A DNA stretch of 64,000 nt from an uncultured Candidatus Saccharibacteria bacterium (GCA_964635125.1 CAZWMQ010000001.1:84386-148385), one strand, 5' to 3'; shown: positions 22,351 through 36,838, counted from the first letter of the stretch. Notes: generated from the sequence alone by a model not told the origin. Program-made: numbers and translations.

Positions 22351-23097
22351 TTATTCATTAGGAGTCTTTTCAGTGCTACTGGAGGTCGTTGCATTTTTAA
22401 GAGTTTCTTCTTTGGCTTTTTTCACTGCTTCAGCTTTTAGTCTCGCTTTCGCATAAACTTCTAATTCTGGTAGAATTTTTTTAATGTCATCTTCATCTTG
22501 ATAAGTTGAATAAAGCTTATCATTCATATAAACGGCTGGTAATTTATTTCCATCGACTTTATGTATTCTAATTAAAGTCTGTAGGGCTGAAAGGTCTAAA
22601 TTATAATCAAAAGAATAAACTCGTAATTCTGGATAATCACTCCTCATCTTATCTAAGACAGCACCTTGTTTAATACAATCTGTACAATTAGTATTGGTAG
22701 TGTAGAAATATAGAATAGGAACTACTGGAACATTACATTTGTCTTTAATCTGTTGCATTAAAAGATAATCCTTAATCTCTAAGAGAGAATAATATTTCTT
22801 TAATTCATCTACATCGTCTTTTTTACTAATATTTTGTTCGCTATAACTAATCTTTTTAGCTAAATCATTTAACTCTGGAGATAAAGTCGAAGCCGAGACA
22901 TCTTTACAAGAAATACCTTGTAATAATTGGAATTGAGTTTCGGACGATGAAATATCAATGGCAATCTTATCAGAAATATTTTTAATATTAGTAATTTTCT
23001 TATTATTTAAATAATTAGAAAATCAAATTACTGAAATAAAAATCACTGCGGTAATAATAAAAGTTATAATATATCTCAATATGTCTCTTCTAGTCAT
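22351..23097 (-). CDS. Membrane-anchored thioredoxin-like protein (248 aa, 1 TGA)
   Basis: N-terminal TM, ILYFY..CTDC; frame extends to ATG 23097. Confidence 0.7.
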
Positions 23098-23159
23098 AGA
23101 TTGTGTTTATTTATATTGCTAATCTTAGCATATTTTTAAGTATTCTTATAATAGAGAAG

Positions 23160-24464
23160 CTATCTCTTTCTTTGATTAATTTCACTCGCCCAATTCGGAG
23201 AAGTATTACGAATGGCATTATAAACAGCTCTAATTAATCAAAATGGAGCAATAAATGAATAAGTTAAGAAATAAGCAATGACTCCAACACTAAACTTTAT
23301 TTTCCGATTATACATACGACTACTTACATAGAAAGAGATTAAAAATATAATATAGAAAATTATTGAAATAAATAAAATAGCCGAAGTATTGATAAAGAAA
23401 GTATTATTAGAGAAACTAATATTCCAGAGAGACGATATACCAATAGCTGAAACTGTTAAATATTTCATATAAATATATTGATAGATATTAAAAATTATAT
23501 AAATAAATAAAAATATCACTGCAAAAATTGCTAAGAAACCAGTTGGTAAGGTCATAAAAGCTAAATTGCCATATTTAGGATTGAAAAGCATTCTTCGATA
23601 ATCGATGGTATTTTTAATAAATCCATATATCCATCTTTTTCTTTGTTTATAAAGGGCGGGAATATCTTTCATACCAGAAGTGAAAACATAAGCATTATAA
23701 GCATGCTCTACTCGCATGTGATGACTTTGCATTCTTAAAGTTATTTCTTGATCTTCAGTTTGATGTCCGCTAGTGTAAAGTCCGATCTGATCAAAAACTT
23801 CTCGTCTAAAAATTGGGAAAGTTCCTGAAATAACATTCATACTTTTAGTAAAAGAAAACATTTTCTTAATGAAGATTTGGAGTTGATAATCAATAGCTTG
23901 AGCAGATTGGATGAAGTTCTTCGCATTAACTACTGCCGTAGCTGGAGAAACCCCCATCACTTCTTTTTTGGTTACGAAAATATGCATCATACGACGAATA
24001 GTTTCCGGAGCCACAGTACAATCAGCATCAATTGAGCCAACAAAGGGAGTAGTGGAATTAATTATACCGAGATTTTGAGCGGTATATTTACCACCATTTT
24101 CTTTAGAGAATATTTGAATATTTGGATAATTTTTATATTCATTCATTATATCAATTGTATTATCAGTGGAGCCATCATTTACTAAGATTAAGAATAATTT
24201 CTCTTTTGGATAATCAGAGGCTAGAAGAGAATTAACAGTTTTACGAATATTTTCTCCTTCATTATAAGCGGGGACAGTAATAGTTACGTTTTGGCAATCA
24301 ATATCTTCTAATAAGGATTTAGCATCTTTATTTTTAATGTCTAATTCATCAAAAAATTCTAAAAAAGTCACTAAGAAATAGATCTGTATATATAGAGTGA
24401 TAAAAGAAGCCCCATAGAAGAAATATTCTATAAAATTAGAAATAGCCGAAAAAGTGTTAAGCAT
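23160..24464 (-). CDS. Glycosyltransferase family 2, membrane-bound (434 aa; TGA=Trp at 23238)
   Basis: VPAYNE, NDGSTD, IDAD, TED, QRKRW. Confidence 0.92.
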
Positions 24465-24561
24465 AAAAGATTTGACTTTATAATTATTTTATATTTTAGC
24501 ATATTTGGGTTATTTTTTCTATTTAAGAAAATAGCTTCAATATGATATAATTTTTAAAAAT

Positions 24562-25365
24562 ATGTCTAAAAATAGTTTAGAAAATAAAGAAAAAATATCT
24601 GGACATTTTCATCCGATTAGTATTATGGTGGCAGAGATTAGTAATATTTTTAATAGTCTTGATTTTAAAGTTATCGATGGTCCGGAACTTGAGCGAGAGT
24701 GGTTTAATTTTGATGCATTAAACATTCCAAAATCTCATCCAGCTCGAGACATGCAAGATACTTTCTATTTGGATTTAAAAGAGAATGTTTATGGTAAAGC
24801 CGTCTTAAGAACTCACACTTCTAATGTCCAGATCAGATATTTAAATAAAGTAACGGAAGAAATTAAGAATGGTAAAGATGAAGACGAAGTTTTTCCAATT
24901 GCAATTATTTGTCCAGGCAAAGTTTATCGTAATGAGGCAACCGACGCTACACATGAAGCCCAATTTCATCAAGTTGAAGGACTTTTAGTTGGAGAAAATA
25001 TTTCTATGGCTAATTTAAAAGCAACACTTGAAAAATTTCTTAGTGAATTATTTGATAGCGAGATTGATATTATTTTTAGGTCTAGTTATTTTCCATTTGT
25101 GGAGCCAGGGCTTGAAGTAGCTATGAGCTGTTTTAAATGTTCTGGGAATGGGTGTAATATTTGTAAAAAGACTGGTTATATTGAGATTATGGGAGCTGGC
25201 ATGGTTCATCCGAAAGTCTTAGAGAATTGTGGAATAGATTCGAGGAAATATACTGGATTTGCTTTTGGAGTTGGAATTGATAGATTAATAATGTTGAAAT
25301 ATGGTATTTCTGATATACGATATTTATATGATGGATATACTGATTTGTTAATTGAGAAGAAATAA
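24562..25365 (+). CDS. pheS: Phenylalanine--tRNA ligase alpha subunit (no N-terminal coiled-coil arm)
   Basis: HPARDMQDTFY, LRTHTS, FHQVEG, YFPFVEP, FAFGVGIDR. Confidence 0.97.
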   Translation: MSKNSLENKEKISGHFHPISIMVAEISNIFNSLDFKVIDGPELEREWFNFDALNIPKSHPARDMQDTFYLDLKENVYGKAVLRTHTSNVQIRYLNKVTEEIKNGKDEDEVFPIAIICPGKVYRNEATDATHEAQFHQVEGLLVGENISMANLKATLEKFLSELFDSEIDIIFRSSYFPFVEPGLEVAMSCFKCSGNGCNICKKTGYIEIMGAGMVHPKVLENCGIDSRKYTGFAFGVGIDRLIMLKYGISDIRYLYDGYTDLLIEKK

Positions 25366-25369
25366 CAAT

Positions 25370-27817
25370 ATGAAATTTTTACATAGTTGATTACAAGATT
25401 ATATTGTCGAGGAAATTCCAAAAGGAGAAGGGTTAGTTAAAGCGATTGAAACTAAAATTTTCGAAGTGGAAGAATATATAGAAATTCACAATCCGATAAA
25501 CGACAGTAAAGATTTTGTGTATGATTTGAATATTTTACCAAATAGAGCCCACGATGCTTTGGGACATTATTATTTGGCTTGTGATGTTGCGGCTATATTT
25601 AATTTTCAGATTAAAGATACGATTCAAGAGTTATCAGAGTTTAAGCATAGTTTAGAAATTATTGAGAGTGAGAATGATTTTATTAGAATAGAAAATAGTA
25701 AAAATTGTAGTAGATTTATAGGAGCGAAAGTTTCTGGGATTGTAGTAAAAGAAAGTCCAGAAATAATAAAGTATAGATTAAATAGTATTGGAGAAAAATC
25801 AATAAACAATATTGTTGATATTACTAATTATGTGCAATTCTCCTTTAATAAACCAATGCATGCCTACGATCAAGAATTAGTGAAAGGAGATATTGAAGTT
25901 AGACTAGCGGACGAAGGTGAGAAAATGACTACCTTAGACAATAAAGAATTGGATTTGAAAGATGATACTTTAGTAATTGCTGATAAAGAAAATATTTTAG
26001 CTCTAGCTGGAATTAAAGGGGGAAAGTATTCTGGGATTAATAGTGAGACTAAGAGTATAATTGTGGAGAGTGCGAACTTTATTCCGATCTTAATTCGAAA
26101 AACATCACAAATTTATAATTTAAAAACGGAAGCAAGTAAAAGATTTGAAAATGGTTTAGCTGATGATTTAGTAGAGATTGGAATGTTAGCTACTTTAAAA
26201 TTGTTGAGTGAGTTCGGTGGAGATGAAGTTAAGATAGATAAAGTAATTGATAATTTTCCAAATAAAAAGTTAGTAGAGTGGAAATATAAAGTTTCTGTTT
26301 CTTTAGTGGAAATTAATAAATTATTAGGGACGGATTTATTAGAGAGTGAAGTTGAAAGTATTTTCAAAAGATTAAATTTTAATTATAAATATATTTCGAC
26401 AGTCGAGTTGATTAAAGAATTAATCCCAAGAGTTCTTGGAAAGGGTTATAAGAATCCAAGCTCAATGCGAATCGATGCCCCAGAATATTTCTCTTGCTCT
26501 AGTTTAGTATCATATCTATATGAAGGAATTTATATGCCAAGTATTTCAATTGATAAATATTTATTTACTAGAGATTTGGGAAGTGAAATAAAAACTGAGA
26601 AGGATTTAAAATACGGAGATTTAATATTTCGTAATTCTGAAAATGGGAAAATCTATTATGAAGGAGTAGAATATCGAAAAGGTGGGAAAGTCATTGAGGG
26701 AGTAGATCATCTTGGTATGTATGTTGGGGACAATAAAGTTATTCATGCTTCGAGACATTTAAAAGATGGAGTTGAGATTGAGAGTTTGGAAGAATTTAGT
26801 AATAAGGGTAAGATTATTGGTTACGGAAGAGTTTTAGAAAATCTTGAAGAAGAAAGATTTGTGGTGGAGATACCAGCTGAGCGATTAGATCTAAGAATTA
26901 AAGAAGATATTATTGAAGAGATCGGTAGGATTTATGGATTTAATCAGATTAAATCTCAATTACCAAACTTAAAAAAGAAAGCTGAAATTAATCAAGAAGT
27001 AAATAAGATTAAGTTAATTAAGAATTATTTATATAGTTTAGGATTTAATGAAGTTCTAACTTATTCCTTACAAAAGAAAGGGGAGATTAAAATTTTAAAA
27101 TCAGTTGCTAAAGACAAGAACTATTTAAGGAATAATTTGAGTAGTGGCTTACAGGAAGCAATTGAAAAAAATATATTTAGATTACCATTATTAGGGGAGA
27201 TGGATGAAACTTTAAAAGAATTTAAAGTATTTGAATTTGGAAAATGTTTTAGTCTTAATGAAGACGGCAGTGAGAGAGAATGATTAAGTTTAGGGATTGG
27301 AATTGATGATAATGGTAAAAATAAGAATTATGAATTATTAAAGATAGAAATAATTAATAATCTTACAAGGATTTTAGAGATTAAGAGTGGGATAGAAATA
27401 GTGGAGAGTAAAAATAGTAAAGGTAAAAATAATATTTTCGAAATTAATTTTAGTGAATTATTAGATAGATCTAAATTAGAAATTAAAGAATTAATTAATT
27501 TAGATGTGAAAAATGATTATATTTATAAAGAGATTATTAAGACACCGTTCATTGTTCGAGATATTGCTCTTTGGACTAATCAAGATACTAAGGAGAGTGA
27601 GGTTCTTGAAATAATCTCATCTAAGATAAGTCCATTAGTGGTTAAATTAACTTTATTTGATGAATTTGAGAAAGAAATAGATGGAATTGTAAAAAAATCT
27701 TTCGCTTATCGCTTAGTTTATCAAGATAAAGAAAGAACCTTAACTGATGAGGAAGTTAATCAGGAGGCAGATCTAATTTATAAAGCTCTGAAAGAGAGAG
27801 GTTTTGAAATTAGATAA
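25370..27817 (+). CDS. pheT: Phenylalanine--tRNA ligase beta subunit with NlpC/P60 insertion (815 aa; TGA at 25388, 27281)
   Basis: MKFLHS*LQDY, PNRAHD, INNIVDITNY, RLDL..EDIIEEIGRIYG, C-terminal RDIA..KSFAYRLVYQDKERTLTDEEV. Confidence 0.93.
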
Positions 27818-27856
27818 TAGTATATAAAATGTTATAATTAATCTATAAATAAATAT

Positions 27857-28804
27857 ATGGAAGAAAATAAAAATAATAAATTATCAGCTAAGTTTTTCTT
27901 TTTAACTTTAGGGAATATTATAAGTTTAATTACTATTATAATTACAGCAATTAATTTATTATTCTCTTTACTGGATAGATTTATTCCAGATGTTTTAACC
28001 GATGCATATGTTTATGGTTATAACTCTAATCTATATACTAATCTACAAACTCCATTAGCAATATTGATAATATTTTTCCCAATATTTTTTATTTTAGCTT
28101 ATTACTTCCGCACACATTTAAATAATTCTTTAAATAAAAAAGAATCTGGATTTCTAAAATGGGTGATTTATTTTATAATTTTCTTAGCCTCACTAACAAT
28201 AATTATTGATTTAATAACCTTGGTGCATTATTTTATTTCGGGGGAAATTACTTTAAGATTTATTTATAAAGTCGTCGGAGTGATTATATTATCTAGTATA
28301 ACTTTAACTTATTATATATCTTTATTAAAAGATAAAAAGAAAAATATTTTAGTTGAAGTTAAAGACTTTAATATTCGAAAGATATTAGGATTGATTTCTT
28401 TCTTAATCATCCTATCTTTAATTGTCATAACTTTTATAATTATGGGAAGCCCAAAGACGCAAAGGCAATATAGATTAGATAATTTAAAAGTTGATAATCT
28501 ACAATCTATCGAAGCTAATATTGATAATTATTATACTGAAAAGGGAGCATTGCCAGCGAAACTTACTGATTTAGAAATTAATTACAATCCCAATATAATC
28601 TATGATCCAATAAATAAAGAAATATTTAAATATGTAGTTGTAGATAAGACTAATTATAAATTATGTGCTAATTTCTTAACAGAAACTCCAGAGAAGACTG
28701 AATTATTAAGTAATAAATGGCATCACGGAGTAGGGGAAACTTGTTTTGATTTAAAAGTCAGCCAAATAAATAATAAATTATCTCCACAACCTCTAGATGA
28801 ATAG
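27857..28804 (+). CDS. DUF5671-like membrane protein
   Basis: Several TMs, GEITLRFIYK, GSPKTQRQYRLD, YKLCANF, WHHGVGETCF. Confidence 0.75.
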   Translation: MEENKNNKLSAKFFFLTLGNIISLITIIITAINLLFSLLDRFIPDVLTDAYVYGYNSNLYTNLQTPLAILIIFFPIFFILAYYFRTHLNNSLNKKESGFLKWVIYFIIFLASLTIIIDLITLVHYFISGEITLRFIYKVVGVIILSSITLTYYISLLKDKKKNILVEVKDFNIRKILGLISFLIILSLIVITFIIMGSPKTQRQYRLDNLKVDNLQSIEANIDNYYTEKGALPAKLTDLEINYNPNIIYDPINKEIFKYVVVDKTNYKLCANFLTETPEKTELLSNKWHHGVGETCFDLKVSQINNKLSPQPLDE

Positions 28805-28815
28805 ATAAAATAAAT

Positions 28816-28841
28816 AAAAATGCTCCGTGAGGAGCATTTTT
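28816..28841. terminator. Bidirectional terminator
   Basis: AAAAATGCTCC-gtga-GGAGCATTTTT between convergent ORFs. Confidence 0.8.
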
Positions 28842-28857
28842 AGTTTTAAAAATATTT

Positions 28858-29043
28858 TTAGTTTCTTTTCACTAGAGTCGGAGAATAATATTCTTTATCG
28901 TCTAACTCTAATTCTTCAAACTTTTCTAAAATATTTTTACTTTTTTTATTTTTCTGAATTTCATGATCCATCTTTTCTAATTCTTCATTAGAAAAAAGAT
29001 TTCCTTGCTTAACTCTCTCTTTTTGAGAAGCTTGTATATTCAT
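28858..29043 (-). CDS. Small hypothetical protein
   Basis: 61-aa ORF ending just before the terminator. Confidence 0.45.
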   Translation of the reverse strand: MNIQASQKERVKQGNLFSNEELEKMDHEIQKNKKSKNILEKFEELELDDKEYYSPTLVKRN

Positions 29044-29224
29044 CTTAAAATATTTAAAGTTAAAGAATTAATCATTTTACTACTGTAAGTATATCATTAT
29101 TTGTAATGATATTTCACTAACTATATTATAGCATAATTATAATAATAAGTCAAGAAAAATCTGATAGAAATAGATGCAATTTATTCTAAAAAATGCTATA
29201 ATAAAGATATAATTTAAACTATAA

Positions 29225-31405
<2,181 letters not shown>

Positions 31406-31439
31406 GTTATAAATTTTTGTTCTGTGCTATAATTTTTAT

Positions 31440-32213
31440 ATGAAGATTATTAATTATAATGATAAGATCATTTTATATTTTTTACCTAAAAATGATGGTA
31501 AATTTAGATTTAAAATTAGGTTTAATAACTTTTCTTTTGGTGAAAGTTTTGCCACAACAACAAAACCATTTACTGATAAAGTATATTTAGAATGGCAAAT
31601 AGGTTATGATGCATTAATTAAAGATACGATAGTTGGAAAAGATGAAAAAAAATCAAAAAAACACACATCTCTAACAAACATATCTTTTAAAGGCTTTAAT
31701 AAAAAAGATAAATATCTATATGAATTATCAGAAATATTCTTTTTTCTTTTCAAAAATAATATAATATCTTCTAATTTTATAGAAGATTTGATAAAAGAAA
31801 TAAAATCATATAAAGAGTTTATAAGCGATAAAGATATTTTTATAGAAAAAGATTTAATAAATGTAATTATAAATAATATAGATTTTAAAGAAACTACTAC
31901 CTCTTTACCGACTTTCTTTTATTATCCTAAAACAGGTGCAACTCAAATAGAAGTTTTTATACAAAAACAGCAATATGCCACTGGTGTTCAGCCTATGGTT
32001 TATTATTCTATACCAGTAAAAAGTTTTAAAAATGGAGAAAATATAATAGGAAAAACATATAAAGATTTAAAAGATAAAGTAGAACTAGAATATGTCATTG
32101 ATAAAAGTAATGCTTCTAATTTTATAGATCTTATAAAAATTTTTGGTATGTGTAGTCCAGCACATAATTTTGATATTTTAGAAATATTAAATTCAATATT
32201 GAAATATAGATAA
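31440..32213 (+). CDS. R.PabI-family restriction enzyme (restriction DNA glycosylase)
   Basis: GKFRFK..FAT..YLEWQIGYD; YELSE; KQQYATGVQPMVY. Confidence 0.75.
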   Translation: MKIINYNDKIILYFLPKNDGKFRFKIRFNNFSFGESFATTTKPFTDKVYLEWQIGYDALIKDTIVGKDEKKSKKHTSLTNISFKGFNKKDKYLYELSEIFFFLFKNNIISSNFIEDLIKEIKSYKEFISDKDIFIEKDLINVIINNIDFKETTTSLPTFFYYPKTGATQIEVFIQKQQYATGVQPMVYYSIPVKSFKNGENIIGKTYKDLKDKVELEYVIDKSNASNFIDLIKIFGMCSPAHNFDILEILNSILKYR

Positions 32214-32214
32214 T

Positions 32215-33396
32215 ATGATACAAAAACATTTAACAAAACAAAAGCAAATTGAATTAGGTAGTTTTTATACTCCTGATTATTTAGTGGATAAGATGTATTC
32301 TATTATAGATGACTATCTTAATAGTAATAATATAAATAAAAAATCTATATTATTTTTTGATAATGCAAGCGGTTATGGAGCTTTTTATAGACCGAATAGA
32401 GATTTTATTATGGCAGATATAGATGAAAAAGCAATAGAAAAAATCAAAAAGAAATTGAGAATTAAAAATAAGAGTTTATTTATTACTAATTCTTTAGAAA
32501 ACGTTAGTAGAAATAAATTTAACATTAATAAGGATAAATTTCTTATTAATATTGGTAACCCTCCATATAATGATACTACTTCCATAATTAATAATGGTAA
32601 AAAAGGTAATTTTTCTTGTGATTTAGATTTAGTAGATAGAGATATGGGTATTTCATTTTTAAAATCCTTCAATAAATTAAAATCAGATATAGTTTGTGTA
32701 TTACATCCATTATCTTATTTAATTAAAGAAGCGAACTTTAAAAGATTAAAAGACTTCAAAGATAATTATAGAATTATATATGGAGAAATATTTTCTAGTG
32801 AACATTTTTCAGGAACAGGTAAAACAAAATTTCCTATAGTATTAGCTTTATACGAAAGGAGTCATTCAGGGATGGATTTTTCTTATATTAAAAATTTTAA
32901 TTTTAATATATTAAATCAGAAAAAGAAGTTTAAATTGTTAAATTTTAAAACTACAGATGGATTTATTTATAAATATCCAAAAGAAGTTTTTAATATGAAT
33001 AATTTTTCTGGTTTTTACTACTATACATTTAGAGATATTAATTCTCTTAAAAGAAATTCTGATTTTTTATTTGAAAGAAATTATAATTCCATTTCTATAA
33101 GTATAGATGAACTATATAAATATGCTTATTTATATAGTTTTAAAAAGTTGTTTAGTCCAAAAGATATATGAATTTATGGGAATTTATCTCCATTGTTAGA
33201 TGAAGAAATTGAGAAATTTAAAAAAGAATATTTATTATTTTCAGTACTAGATTCTGGACTTCATAAAAATATAAGCATAGATCTAAAAAGAAAAATAAAA
33301 TCTTATTATAAATTAGATAGAAATTATTATAAATCTGATTTAAAAGAATTAAAAAAAATTGTGGAACAAAGAATTAATAGTTTAGCTACTATTTAA
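32215..33396 (+). CDS. Cognate N6-adenine DNA methyltransferase (393 aa; TGA at 33169)
   Basis: LGSFYTP, DNASGYGAF, IGNPPYND, LHPLSYLIKEANF; DI*IYGNLSP joins the 33193 fragment in frame. Confidence 0.85.
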
Positions 33397-33397
33397 T

Positions 33398-35155
33398 TTA
33401 TTTTTTATTTCTTACTTCCTTCCCCAACTTCTCCATTAACTCCTCCATACTTAAATTAAATTTCTCACCACTCAAACTCTCTAAACTAACTTTATTTTCA
33501 TCGATCTCTTTATCTCCAATTACAATTCAATATGGATATTTCATATTTTTAGCATAGCGGACTTTCTTTCCAAGATTATCTTTATTGTCGGCTAACTCCA
33601 CTCGAAAATTCTGAGCTTTTAACTTTTCATAAACTTGATTCGCATATTTGTTATGCTTCTCTAAATTAACCGGAATAATTGAGAGTTGAATAGGGGCAAT
33701 TCAGAGTGGAAATTCTCCAGCTACATGTTCAATATAAACTGAGAGAAATCTCTCCAAACTTCCAGCAATCGCACAATGTATCATGACCGGTCGATCTCTC
33801 TTACCTTCTTCATTTACATATTCTAATTCTAAATTCTCTGGTTGTATAAAGTCTAATTGCACAGTGGCAACTTGATGTTCTCGTCCAATCGCATCACTGG
33901 CCATGAAGTCTATCTTAGGTCCATAAAAAGCTGCTTCACCCTCGCCATCAATATAATTCTCCCCAACTCTTTTCTCTAGTAGAGCTTTAATGGCTCCTTC
34001 GGCTTTCTCTCAAGTCTCTAGATTACCTTTGAACTTAGGATCATTGTCACGACGAGAGAATCTATATTTTAAATTCGTAAAGTTAAATGTCTTATAAAAT
34101 GTCTCAATTAAGTCTCAAAGTTGATTAACTTCACTTTCAATTTGAGACTCACGACAAAAGATATGAGCATCATCTTGAGTAATTGATAAGACACGAGATA
34201 ACCCACTTAATTCTCCAGATTGTTCATCACGATAAACCATGGTGGTCTCTGAATATCTAATTGGTAATTCTTTATAACTCCTTAACTCTGAAGCATAAAT
34301 CTGGGCATGGTGAGGACAATTCATCGGCTTCATACAGAGTATATGTCCATCTCTTGTTTCAATTTTAAATAAATCCTCTTGATACTTCTCTCAGTGACCA
34401 GATTTAACATATAAATCTTTCTTAGTTAGATGTGGAATAGTTACTCCTTGATAACCATCTTTAGCTCTTAATTCTTGGACGAAATTATCAACTACTTTTC
34501 TTAAAATAGTTCCCTTTGGTGTTCAAAGTGGAAGTCCTGGTCCAACTAAGTCTGAGAAAATAAACAATCCTAATTCTTTCCCCAAGATACGATGATCTCT
34601 TTTTTTGGCCTCCTCGATCTGAACTTTATAATTCTCTAACTCTTCTTTATTTTGAAATGCTAGCCCATAGACACGAGTAAGCATTTTATTTTTCTCATCA
34701 CCTCGCCAATAAGCTCCAGCTGTATGGGTAATTTCAAAGCTATTAATATCAATCTCTTTTAAATCCTCGACATGTCCACCACGACAAAGATCGGTAAAGT
34801 CTTGAATAGTGTAAAGTGTGATCTTTTCGCCACGAGAGACAATCTCTTCAATTAATTCTAATTTATATGGGTTATTTTTAAAATAATTCTCAGCTTCCGT
34901 CTCATTAATTTCTTGATGGGAGAAAGTTCCGCCTTGTTTAATCTTCTCTCTCATCAACTTAGTTAATTCTTGAAAGTCCTCAGGAGTGTTAGGTTTATTA
35001 TCAGTTACGAAATCAATGTCATAGTAAAATCCATTTTCAATCGCTGGACCTAAAGTTAAGAGGACTTGTGGATATTTTTCAATTATTACACTAGCTAAAA
35101 TGTGAGCTAAGGTATGTCTAATATGAGCTAATTTTTCTTGATCTTCTTTTGACAT
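33398..35155 (-). CDS. thrS: Threonine--tRNA ligase (585 aa, 6 TGA=Trp, no TGS domain)
   Basis: DLCRGGH, RDHR, GLPL*TPKG, SGH*EKY, KPMNCP, AAFYGPK, FPL*IAP. Confidence 0.97.
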
Positions 35156-35269
35156 AATTTTGAATTATTAAAGTATTTTAATTATAGCAAAAAAGTTAAG
35201 AAAATAACATAGATTAAGGATTTTGGATTTAAGGTTATTGTGTTATAATTTTATTATAAAAATAAATAT

Positions 35270-35833
35270 ATGTCATTAATCTTAATTATCATTTTAGTAA
35301 TCGTTGTGCTTTATTTCGTTTTTGCTTATAACGGGCTGGTTACCAAGAAGATTCGTATTCAAAATGCTTGGGCGGATATTGAAGTGCAATTAAAGAGAAG
35401 ATTTGATCTTATTCCTAATCTAATTAACACCGTAAAAGGAGCGGCGAATTTCGAAACTTCAACTTTAGAGAAAGTTATTAAAGCTCGAGATATGGCGATG
35501 AATGCTCAAGCTGGTGGAGATAAACAACAGATTATGGAAAGTGAGAATGCTTTATCTGGAACCTTAAAGAGTTTATTTGCTTTGTCTGAAAATTATCCAG
35601 ATCTGAAAGCTACTAATAATTTTAACTCACTTCAGAATGAGTTAACCGATACGGAAGATAAAATACAAGCCGCCAGGAGATTTTATAACTCCACAGTGAC
35701 TGATCTTAATACGGCAATTAATGTCTTCCCAAAGAATATTATTGCTAAATTATTTAACTTTAAAGAAGAAGAAATGTTTAAATTAGGAGAGCATGAAGAA
35801 GCTGCTCGTGAGCCAGTAGAGGTGAAGTTCTAA
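35270..35833 (+). CDS. lemA: LemA family protein
   Basis: AWADIEVQLKRRFDLIPNL, ENYPDLKA, ARRFYN. Confidence 0.95.
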   Translation: MSLILIIILVIVVLYFVFAYNGLVTKKIRIQNAWADIEVQLKRRFDLIPNLINTVKGAANFETSTLEKVIKARDMAMNAQAGGDKQQIMESENALSGTLKSLFALSENYPDLKATNNFNSLQNELTDTEDKIQAARRFYNSTVTDLNTAINVFPKNIIAKLFNFKEEEMFKLGEHEEAAREPVEVKF

Positions 35834-35840
35834 TTTAACT

Positions 35841-36617
35841 ATGGAAGGATTAGTAATTAATAGTGGTCGCAGAGATAATAAAAAATTTAAAGTTCTAGAT
35901 CTTAATTCTAATCAAGAGTTATTGATTCCAGATATTGAGTCAATAAACATTAATCCTTGGCTTTTAGCAATTTATTATAGAGCTGAAATAATTAGAGAAA
36001 GAATACAAAGAAGACATAATAGTGAGGAAGAAAAGGATCTATTTAAGAAATTATTTAAGGTGATTAAAAATAATAATCGCTCGGAAATATCTCTAGGAGA
36101 TATTAAGGTTGGCTTAGATAGTGAATCTTATTATGCTGAAAATATAGTAAAAAATCTAAAAGACGGGGAACATATTTGTATGTCTTATAATTTGGATGCC
36201 GAATCACAAATTGATTTTATAAAAGTTAAATTAAGTGAAGATAGAAAAGGGTTTGAAGAAGTAACATTTGTACAAATTAAAAGTAGCGATAATAAATCAA
36301 AATTTCAAGTCAAAGACACTCATGAGAAACAATTAAGAGACTCTTATCAAGATCAAATCAAGAATATAGAGAAATATATTCCGAGAATTTTGAAGTATAC
36401 TGAGGGTCTTCACGAGGAAGATCTATCAGAAATATTAAGAGAAAATAAAAAAGCTTATAGAGATAAAGGTGTGACTTCTGCAGATATTTTTTTAAAAATA
36501 AGAGGTAAATTTGAGATTAACAATATTATTAATGCTAGGCATTTTTATTCAGAAACAGTTAGAGTGTATCGAGATGAAAAAGACCAAGTTAATAGTATGA
36601 GAAGTCAAAAGGAATAG
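35841..36617 (+). CDS. Hypothetical protein, possible PD-(D/E)XK-like fold
   Basis: QIDFIKV..VTFVQIKSS pattern. Confidence 0.55.
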   Translation: MEGLVINSGRRDNKKFKVLDLNSNQELLIPDIESININPWLLAIYYRAEIIRERIQRRHNSEEEKDLFKKLFKVIKNNNRSEISLGDIKVGLDSESYYAENIVKNLKDGEHICMSYNLDAESQIDFIKVKLSEDRKGFEEVTFVQIKSSDNKSKFQVKDTHEKQLRDSYQDQIKNIEKYIPRILKYTEGLHEEDLSEILRENKKAYRDKGVTSADIFLKIRGKFEINNIINARHFYSETVRVYRDEKDQVNSMRSQKE

Positions 36618-36838
36618 ATATTTCCCTCGATTGAGTATGAGATTATGAGTATAGACAAAAAGATTAAAGATTTGGAAGCTAAAATACAGAAAAGACCAGG
36701 ACATAAAGATAATAGATATATTTTGAATATGATAGAAAATTTAAAGATTAAAAGAGAGGATTTGTTAAAACAATTATAGACACCTTTACTTTTATCTCTA
36801 AATATGGTATTCTAATTAAAGTAATCAAAAATTAAAAA

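Noticed and set aside
26390-26850. Intein in pheT
   Set aside because: No N-terminal Cys/Ser or C-terminal His-Asn splice motifs; the motifs are NlpC/P60-like
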